In this document: positions 25,670 to 32,000 of the stretch, one piece after another
How positions within the stretch are numbered: the first letter of the stretch is position 1
How the letters are laid out: every line of letters begins with the position of its first letter
The notes under the pieces: model-generated
Database searches by the model: none
Told to the model about the DNA's origin: nothing
The model's input: the letters and a program-made list of their open reading frames with translations, nothing else
Translations under genes and position numbers: made by a program
Origin: Vulcanisaeta distributa DSM 14429
GTDB lineage: Archaea > Thermoproteota > Thermoprotei > Thermoproteales > Thermocladiaceae
Assembly (NCBI RefSeq): GCF_000148385.1
Contig: NC_014537.1
Coordinates: 1,890,001 to 1,922,000 of the forward strand
Reading direction: 5' to 3'
DNA: 32,000 nucleotides

Positions 25670-26725
25670 ATGAAGGCTGTTACGGTAGTTCCATTGGTAA
25701 AGGACTCATTGGTATTAAGGGATATGCCAAAGCCATCACCTAAGCGCGGCCAGGTTTTGCTAAGTCCAATTGAGGTTGGTGTTTGTGGTACGGATAAGGA
25801 TATTATTGAGGGTAAGTATGGAGCGCCACCACCTGGTGAAGAGTACCTTATTCTTGGTCATGAGGCTGTGGCTGAGGTTGTGGAGCTTGGTGATGGTGTT
25901 GATAATGTGGGTGTTGGCGACATCGTAGTACCAACAGTGAGAAGACCAACAACGTGCACCTTACCAGTAACAGAGTTAGACTATTGTCCAAGGGGTACAT
26001 ACGCAGAACACGGCATATGGTACTTACACGGATTTGCCGCCGAATTCGCCGTGACTGACTCCCAGTACCTGGTTAGGGTTCCTAAGGAGGCCATAGATGT
26101 CGCTGTGCTCACGGAGCCACTAAGCATCGTTGAGAAGGGCATCGACTTGGCGATAAGGCTTGGTAAGGCAAGATTTGAGTCCTGGAGTCCAAGGAGGGTT
26201 TTAATAATGGGTGCGGGGCCCATCGGCATGCTGGCATTAATGGTCATGAGACTTAGAGGCTTTACTGACGTAACCGTAACGGCTACGAGACCTTACGACA
26301 GCCTAAAGGCAAAGCTCGTTAAGGAGATAGGCGCAACCTACGTCAATACTAATGTCGATCAAATAAGTGGCGAGTTTGACATAGTCATTGAGGCTACCGG
26401 CTCGACTAATGCGGCATATGAGGCATTAAGGCATCTAGGTGCTGATGGTGTAGCCGTATTACTGGGCATTTACCTAGATAGTAAAAATGTTAATATCGGA
26501 CCGTTACTAGATGATTGGAGGAAAAATAAGCTGATAATCGGTGCGACCAACGCAAGCATAAGGGCCTTCGAGATGGGAGTCTCAGACCTGGTTAAGGCGA
26601 AGTTCGAGTTCGGCGGTTGGGTTAGAAAGTTAATAACGAAGGAAGTGACGCTGGATGAGTACGAGTACGCATATAATTGGGGCCATGAGGACATAAAGTC
26701 CGTAATACAGATAAGAAGTTTATGA
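25670..26725 (+). CDS. glucose 1-dehydrogenase-like zinc-dependent MDR dehydrogenase (branched Entner-Doudoroff type)
   Basis: 351 aa from ATG 25670 (the track starts at TTG 25667). MKAVTV...EVGVCGTDKDIIEGKYGAPPPGEEYLILGHEAVAEV and the Rossmann IMGAGPIGMLALMV resemble archaeal glucose dehydrogenases. TTTATTAA (25639-25646) places the transcription start at the ATG. Confidence 0.7.
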   Translation: MKAVTVVPLVKDSLVLRDMPKPSPKRGQVLLSPIEVGVCGTDKDIIEGKYGAPPPGEEYLILGHEAVAEVVELGDGVDNVGVGDIVVPTVRRPTTCTLPVTELDYCPRGTYAEHGIWYLHGFAAEFAVTDSQYLVRVPKEAIDVAVLTEPLSIVEKGIDLAIRLGKARFESWSPRRVLIMGAGPIGMLALMVMRLRGFTDVTVTATRPYDSLKAKLVKEIGATYVNTNVDQISGEFDIVIEATGSTNAAYEALRHLGADGVAVLLGIYLDSKNVNIGPLLDDWRKNKLIIGATNASIRAFEMGVSDLVKAKFEFGGWVRKLITKEVTLDEYEYAYNWGHEDIKSVIQIRSL

Positions 26726-26776
26726 AGTCGTAATAAGGAGGAACAATGATAGAGTTGCCTTATGATAAGGTGGTTT

Positions 26777-27331
26777 TTATGAATAATCTACGAATTCATC
26801 CTCACGGAAGAAGAACTTGATCTCCCTCTCCGCCTCCCTAGGGCTATCGCTGGCATGGACTAGGTTGAATAATGCTCTCTTCTCCAGATTTGCCAGGTCT
26901 GGGCTATCCACGGAGTAGTCGCCCCTAATCGTACCTGGCGGTGATGAGTACGGCGTTGTTGAGCCCACGATCTTCCTAACAACCTCAACCGCTCTATTAC
27001 CCTCCAGCACCATTACAACTATTGGGCCCATTGATAGGTAATCGGCAAGCCAACCCCTAATTATCTTCCCAATCTCCACTGGATCGTCGGTTCCCAGGTC
27101 AACCTTTGGATCCTTCCCAATCTCGGAGTAGGACTTCAAGGACTTACTACCCACTGAGCGAAGCCAATTCTCATCACTTGGATAAAACTTGGCGGCCTCC
27201 TCCTTACTAAGTCTAATCATTTTCATAGCAACGATCCTCAAGCCCGCCCTCTCAAACCTAGCAATTATCTCCCCAATCAATCCCCTTTTAACTGCGTCAG
27301 GCTTAATTATTACCAGGGTTCTCTCAATCAT
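26777..27331 (-). CDS. ndk: nucleoside diphosphate kinase with lineage-specific insertions
   Basis: MIERTLVIIKPDAVKRGLIGEIIARFERAGLRIVAMKM, GPIVVMVLEG, GTIRGDY and the active-site His in NLVHASDS. I prefer ATG 27331 because it gives the canonical M-x-ERT N-terminus and lies about 31 nt from the A/T box. The track ORF starts at TTG 27352. Confidence 0.9.
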   Translation of the reverse strand: MIERTLVIIKPDAVKRGLIGEIIARFERAGLRIVAMKMIRLSKEEAAKFYPSDENWLRSVGSKSLKSYSEIGKDPKVDLGTDDPVEIGKIIRGWLADYLSMGPIVVMVLEGNRAVEVVRKIVGSTTPYSSPPGTIRGDYSVDSPDLANLEKRALFNLVHASDSPREAEREIKFFFREDEFVDYS

Positions 27332-27356
27332 GCTGGGAATCGATGATGTCAAGCCC

Positions 27357-27369
27357 CTTTAAAATTTTA
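27357..27369. promoter_or_regulatory. palindromic A/T box shared by divergent ndk and hemL
   Basis: CTTTAAAATTTTA. The core AAAATTTT is self-complementary. The ndk ATG (27331) and the hemL in-frame ATG (27396) are both about 32 nt from its centre. Confidence 0.45.
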
Positions 27370-27395
27370 TGACTATGAAGATAAAGCTTAATGAT

Positions 27396-28697
27396 ATGGC
27401 TACTTCTGGAATATTGATGAGTGAGTCCAGCAAGTTATATGAGGAAGCTATGAAGGTTTTAGTCGGTGGCGTCAATAGTCCGGTCAGGGCTGCGATCAGG
27501 CCATACCCATTCTTCGTGAGAGAGGGTAAGGGCCCATACATATTCACGGTTGATGGTCAGCGGTTAATAGATTACGTGCTTGGTTATGGACCATTGATCC
27601 TTGGACATGCGCCTGAACCCGTGGTTAAGCGGGTAATGGAATACATCAATAGGGGCTGGCTTTATGGGGCGCCAACGGAGATTGAGGTTGCCCTAGCCAA
27701 GAAAATAGTGAGTCACTTCCCAAGTATTAAGAAGGTTAGGTTTGTCAATAGTGGTGGCGAGGCTGTGGCTACGGCGATTAGGCTAGCCCGCGGCTATACT
27801 AAGCGTAGGAAGATCCTGAAATTCGAGGGGTGTTATCACGGTGCCATTGATTACGTATTGGTTAAGGCAGGCAGCGCCGCGGCGCATTTTGGCACACCAT
27901 CATCGGCAGGGGTTCCTGAGGATGTGGCTAAGTTAACGCTTGTAGCTAGATACAACGATCTCGATAGTGTGGAGAGAGTAATGAGGAGTGAGGGTAATGA
28001 CGTGGCTGCGATAATCGTCGAACCAGTAATGGCGAACTACGGAGTGATACCGCCTAGGGAGGGCTTCCTGAAGGGACTTAGGGAGATTGCGGATAAGTAC
28101 GGAGCCCTATTAATATTTGATGAGGTGGTCACTGGCTATAGGCTTGGTTTAGGTGGCGCCCAGAGGTATTACGGCGTTAGTGCTGACATAACCACATTGG
28201 GTAAGATAATTGGTGGTGGGTTCCCTGTGGGTGCCGTGGGTGCCCGTGACGAAATAATGGACCTACTATCACCGAGGGGTCCCGTATTCAATGCTGGCAC
28301 ATTTAATGGACACCCAATATCCATGATCGCTGGGTTAGCCACTATAGATGTTCTCGAGACCACGAACGCGTATGACATCGCAATAAGCGCATCACGTAGG
28401 TTAGCTGAGGGGATCAATGACGTACTTAGTAGGTCTGGTATCGATCACGTGGTTAATTGGGTACCAACGATGCTCCAGGTATTCTTCACTAAGGGTGAGG
28501 TTATTGATCATGAAACAGCGGGTAAGTCAGATACGAAACTGTATCTCAGGCTTCATGAGGAGTTACTGAAGCGTGGCGTCTTTATAGCTCCCAGTCAATT
28601 TGAGGCTATGTTCACAAGCTCAAGCCACACCAGTGACGTAGTTGAGGAGACGCTTAGGCAAATCGAGGACTCGGTTAAGGCCCTTAAGCAGGTTTAA
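27396..28697 (+). CDS. hemL: glutamate-1-semialdehyde 2,1-aminomutase
   Basis: GGVNSPVRA, GPLILGH, FVNSGGEAVATAIRLARG, FEGCYHG, FDEVVTGYR and the PLP-Lys context TTLGKIIGGGFPVGA. The start is uncertain. ATG 27369 overlaps the A/T box. ATG 27396 fits the promoter spacing. ATG 27417 (MSESSKLYEEA...) aligns best with E. coli HemL. Confidence 0.9.
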   Translation: MATSGILMSESSKLYEEAMKVLVGGVNSPVRAAIRPYPFFVREGKGPYIFTVDGQRLIDYVLGYGPLILGHAPEPVVKRVMEYINRGWLYGAPTEIEVALAKKIVSHFPSIKKVRFVNSGGEAVATAIRLARGYTKRRKILKFEGCYHGAIDYVLVKAGSAAAHFGTPSSAGVPEDVAKLTLVARYNDLDSVERVMRSEGNDVAAIIVEPVMANYGVIPPREGFLKGLREIADKYGALLIFDEVVTGYRLGLGGAQRYYGVSADITTLGKIIGGGFPVGAVGARDEIMDLLSPRGPVFNAGTFNGHPISMIAGLATIDVLETTNAYDIAISASRRLAEGINDVLSRSGIDHVVNWVPTMLQVFFTKGEVIDHETAGKSDTKLYLRLHEELLKRGVFIAPSQFEAMFTSSSHTSDVVEETLRQIEDSVKALKQV

Positions 28698-29878
28698 TGC
28701 TCATTATTCCTTAATATCTCCATTAGATAATTCCTTAACCTCCTTACAGCATCCTCATTACCCACCTCAGCAAGCCTTCTCATATTTTCCAGGTAGTTAT
28801 GCATTATCTTCTTAACCAGGGACTTGCTCATGGCATTAATCACGGCCTCAGCACTCTCACCATTCCTTAACGCATTCAATGCCTCCCTAACCTCCTCCTC
28901 CCTAATCTCCTCAATAAACCTCATTACGTCCCTAATGGCCTCATTAGCATCAACGCGCATGATGAGTCTCATTATCCTCTCAGCCTCATGATCAATCTCA
29001 GACAATTCATTCATAACCTTGCTCTTACCATTCACATATTCTAGGTATGGTTCCCTCAGATCCTCAAGCCTGACAACCCTGACGTGACCATTACCCTGAA
29101 TATTAACTGCGCTTGGTGTTGAAACATCGATTATAAGCCTTGGTAATGAACCATCCATGGAATCATCGAGATTAATTAAGGGTGATTGTACTGACACGGC
29201 CACGACCACGACATCATACTTACCACTCATTAATTCATCCATTAATGATTCAAGGCCCAATAACCTTATTGAACCATTAAATTCATACTTGAGTTTATCC
29301 GTTGTCCTGTTTATTACCGTTACACCCCTATAATCATTCCTGAGAAGCTCCCTAACCACGCCTCTTGCAACCTCGCCGCCGCCAATAACGAGTATATTAT
29401 CATCCTTATTAACATTCCTCATTACGTAATCCGCCAGGAATTTCACGAATGAAATATCGTAAAGGTTATGCCTACGCCTAAAACCCTCCCCAAACCGAAT
29501 TGCTGATTCGAATAATATCCTTAACCTTGGTGATGGCTTACCGGCGCTGTAAGCCCTCTTAACCTGCGACAATATTTCCCTTTCCCCTAAGAACATCGAG
29601 TCTAGCCCAGCCGCCACCATTAATAGGTGCTTAACAGCATCTAGGTCATGAAGCACCCTAGGCTTTATCCCAGCCTTCTCATTAATCAACTTCATTAATT
29701 CACCCTCATCCTCATCACCATCCAGGTAAAACTCAATCCTATTACAAGTCTCCAACGCTATAAGTGAGTCATATAATTTGTATAATTTTGTCAATTCTTC
29801 ATTTGTAAAATAGGCCTTAGCCAATGTGTCTAGGTCGTAATCCCGGTAGGTCATTACCAACGACTTAATCTTACTCAT
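28694..29878 (-). CDS. hemA: glutamyl-tRNA reductase
   Basis: 394 aa. Active-site Cys context LETCNRIEFY, SMFLGEREILSQVK, and NAD fold VIGGGEVARGVVREL. Convergent with hemL, overlapping by 4 nt. Confidence 0.9.
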   Translation of the reverse strand: MSKIKSLVMTYRDYDLDTLAKAYFTNEELTKLYKLYDSLIALETCNRIEFYLDGDEDEGELMKLINEKAGIKPRVLHDLDAVKHLLMVAAGLDSMFLGEREILSQVKRAYSAGKPSPRLRILFESAIRFGEGFRRRHNLYDISFVKFLADYVMRNVNKDDNILVIGGGEVARGVVRELLRNDYRGVTVINRTTDKLKYEFNGSIRLLGLESLMDELMSGKYDVVVVAVSVQSPLINLDDSMDGSLPRLIIDVSTPSAVNIQGNGHVRVVRLEDLREPYLEYVNGKSKVMNELSEIDHEAERIMRLIMRVDANEAIRDVMRFIEEIREEEVREALNALRNGESAEAVINAMSKSLVKKIMHNYLENMRRLAEVGNEDAVRRLRNYLMEILRNNEH

Positions 29879-29999
29879 TCAATAATCATTAAATATCGGG
29901 CATAGACGTATTTTAAGCATTGTTTCAGGTGCTAATGTAAAATAACTATGTTGTGAACAAGCATAAAGTTAAATAATTAATTATGGGGATCCATTATCC

Positions 30000-31244
30000 G
30001 TGGGATCAAAGGTCGATTTAAGTAATGTTTTTAAACATGTCGATAACCAGAGGGACTTCATAATCGAGTTATATAGGGGTTTCATACCAATAAAGGCATT
30101 GGCACCTGAGAATGGCGGTGATGGCGAATGGGATAGGGCAAATTACCTATTGGGCATAGTTAGGAGGTACTTTGATGAGGTTAGGGTGATAGAAGCTCCA
30201 GACAACAGGGTTAGTAAAGGATCGAGACCAAACATAGTAGCCCTGATAAAAGGACTTGATAGTTCAAGGACCTACTGGGTCATTGCACACATGGACACAG
30301 TACCTGAGGGTGATAAGTCGCTGTGGAATTACGAACCCTTTAATGCCACGGTAGTTGGTGATGTGATATACGGTAGGGGTGTTGAGGATAATGGGCAGGG
30401 AATCGTCATGGGGATAATAGTCGGTAAAGTTTTGAGGGAGCTCAGCATAACGCCGCCGGTTAATTATGGAGTAATATTGGCGAGTGATGAGGAGGTTGGT
30501 AGTAAGTACGGCATTCAATACGTGATTAATAAGGAACCAAGCCTAATAAGTGGTAGGGACCTCGTATTGGTCCCTGACGCGGGCAATGCCGATGGCACTA
30601 TGATAGAGGTTGCGGAGAAGGGCATACTCTGGGTGAAGGTCACTGTTTATGGGAAGCAAGCACATGCATCACTTCCTGAACTTGGACTTAACGCGTATAG
30701 GCTTGGCAGTGAGTTAACCCTCGAAATAGATAGGAAGTTACACGAAACATTTAATTATGAGGACCCATTGTTCGTACCGCCCAAGTCAACATTCGAACCA
30801 ACGAAGGTGGAACCAAATGTTGGTAATGTGAATACAATACCTGGCAAGCATGTATTCTATATTGATTGTAGAATACTGCCTAAGTATAGCATTGATGAGG
30901 TTCTCAGGGTAATCAGAGACACGGCAAATAATTACTGCAATACCCACGATTGTAAGGTTGATGTTGATATCGTCAGTAGGGAAGACCCAGTACAACCAAC
31001 AAACGCAGACAGTGAAATTGTTAGGAGGCTAGCTAAGGCTATAAGGACTGTTAAGGGCCTGGAACCGAAGCTACTTGGTATTGGTGGTGGTACATACGCA
31101 CGTTACCTGAGGGCTAGGGGCATACCCGTGGCTGTTTGGATGACGTCTAAGGAAACTGCCCATGCGCCTGACGAGCATGTGCTCATCAGTGACGTCATTA
31201 GCGATATAAAGACTGTGGTTGCATCATTACTTATGGAGCCGTAG
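30000..31244 (+). CDS. M20-family metallopeptidase/deacylase (ArgE/DapE/LysK-like)
   Basis: 414 aa. Metal-ligand contexts are AHMDTVPEGD, GRGVEDNGQG, SDEEVGSKYG and HAPDEH. GTG start at 30000. Confidence 0.8.
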   Translation: MGSKVDLSNVFKHVDNQRDFIIELYRGFIPIKALAPENGGDGEWDRANYLLGIVRRYFDEVRVIEAPDNRVSKGSRPNIVALIKGLDSSRTYWVIAHMDTVPEGDKSLWNYEPFNATVVGDVIYGRGVEDNGQGIVMGIIVGKVLRELSITPPVNYGVILASDEEVGSKYGIQYVINKEPSLISGRDLVLVPDAGNADGTMIEVAEKGILWVKVTVYGKQAHASLPELGLNAYRLGSELTLEIDRKLHETFNYEDPLFVPPKSTFEPTKVEPNVGNVNTIPGKHVFYIDCRILPKYSIDEVLRVIRDTANNYCNTHDCKVDVDIVSREDPVQPTNADSEIVRRLAKAIRTVKGLEPKLLGIGGGTYARYLRARGIPVAVWMTSKETAHAPDEHVLISDVISDIKTVVASLLMEP

Positions 31245-31295
31245 TGACCTATGCCTTTTAAATTCATAGGTTTTCATATTAATTAGCAGGTAGGG

Positions 31296-32000
31296 ATGAG
31301 GGTTTTAGTAACGTTTGAGCCGTATGCAAGGAGTATAAGTCCATATGATTTGTTATCCAGGATTAACTGTGGTCAAGTCATTGAGTGGGGACGCAATAAA
31401 TGCATAGTTGACCTGGGTGATTGCGGTTCAGATGCATTATCAATTCTTAGGGATATTAATTACGTAGCCCACCTATCAATAATTGATCAAGTAATTAGCA
31501 GGGACTTGAATGCGTTGCTTGCGGTGACTAAGGAGGTATTGCTGAGCCTTATTAATAATAGGGATGGGACATTCAAGGTTATTGTCAAGAGGATGGATAA
31601 GAAATACCCAATGACCAGTATTGAACTTGCCAAGAAGCTTGGCGAGTACCTAGCCCAGGTCGCTAAGGCTGATCTGGAGGATCCTGATTACATAATATAT
31701 GTTGAGGTTAGGGAGGACTCCTTCATAGTTGCCCATTCGACCAGGGAGCTATTCCGTAAGAGGAGGGAGGCAATACCCACTGATTGGGTGGACCGCGTGG
31801 TTGGCATTGTTGAGGGTCCTAGGGAGGTCTACGAGACTATGGACCTAATACAACTTAGCCATGCCCTTGGTATTGAGGTCAGGTTAATAACGAGCCCATT
31901 GCTCATTGATAGAGCGTTGAAGGCCTTGAGACTTGGTTCCCTGCCCAGGGTTAAGGTTGTGGGTATTGATGAGGCGTTGGATGATGTTGACATACCAATT
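31296..32000 (+). CDS. THUMP-domain protein (RNA-modification-enzyme-like); runs off the right edge
   Basis: My own translation from ATG 31296 stays open to base 32000 (235 codons): MRVLVTFEPYARSISPYDLL...TFKVIVKRMDKKYPMTSIELAKKLGEYLAQVAKADLEDPDYIIYVEVREDSFIV (THUMP pattern), then VVGIVEGPREVYETMDLIQLSHALGIEVRLITS. It is absent from the ORF track because it is truncated. Confidence 0.6.
   Translation, partial: MRVLVTFEPYARSISPYDLLSRINCGQVIEWGRNKCIVDLGDCGSDALSILRDINYVAHLSIIDQVISRDLNALLAVTKEVLLSLINNRDGTFKVIVKRMDKKYPMTSIELAKKLGEYLAQVAKADLEDPDYIIYVEVREDSFIVAHSTRELFRKRREAIPTDWVDRVVGIVEGPREVYETMDLIQLSHALGIEVRLITSPLLIDRALKALRLGSLPRVKVVGIDEALDDVDIPI

Noticed and set aside
31248-31274. Hairpin CCTATG-N11-CATAGG followed by TTTT, just after the M20 peptidase stop. 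Its loop contains TTTTAAAT.
   Set aside because: It is most simply a terminator-like element overlapping the next gene's TATA box. The stem is only 6 bp, so it is not distinctive enough to call a feature.
1-32000. I looked for CRISPR arrays, tandem repeats, IS elements, toxin-antitoxin pairs and known defence-gene signatures.
   Set aside because: I could see no regularly spaced direct repeats, terminal inverted repeats, or transposase, integrase, nuclease or ATPase defence-type ORFs. All larger ORFs are accounted for above.

Overview
This 32-kb chromosomal segment reads as a hyperthermophilic crenarchaeon of the Thermoproteales type. That assignment is an inference from AGG/ATA-rich codon usage, the gene content (CDC48, Top6A, QueF-like, HTH-fused riboflavin kinase), and A/T boxes about 24-31 nt upstream of most start codons, which imply leaderless genes. 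I can support about 33 protein-coding genes or fragments, one tRNA-Leu(CAA) and one predicted C/D box sRNA. Most of the window is ordinary housekeeping: cdc48, HMG-CoA synthase, riboflavin kinase, argF, top6A, moaA, nadE, a nitrilase-family hydrolase, icd, diphthine synthase, glyoxylate reductase-like dehydrogenase, glucose dehydrogenase, ndk, hemL, hemA and an M20 peptidase. I saw no CRISPR array, transposase, integrase or recognisable defence genes. Five things are not routine. (1) An AT-rich island at about 3.3-5.0 kb holds one long decayed gene, interrupted by an in-frame TGA and a compensating pair of frameshifts, with LAGLIDADG-like motifs. (2) A well-formed C/D box sRNA sits at 6482-6531, and its D-guide matches a conserved 23S rRNA segment. 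(3) An envelope-protein cluster surrounds tRNA-Leu at 8.9-14.5 kb. It includes a signal-peptide-bearing, C-terminally anchored Lon-protease (S16) domain with no ATPase, fused to about 400 aa of unknown helical domain and apparently co-transcribed with a DedA-like membrane protein. (4) A nadE / membrane protein / QueF-like string includes one translationally coupled junction, with a nitrilase-family gene divergent from nadE. (5) Several divergent gene pairs share a single central A/T box. I cannot show a convincing undescribed multi-gene system from sequence alone. The best candidate for novelty is the 12.0-14.5 kb surface Lon-like protease operon, followed by the decayed island.
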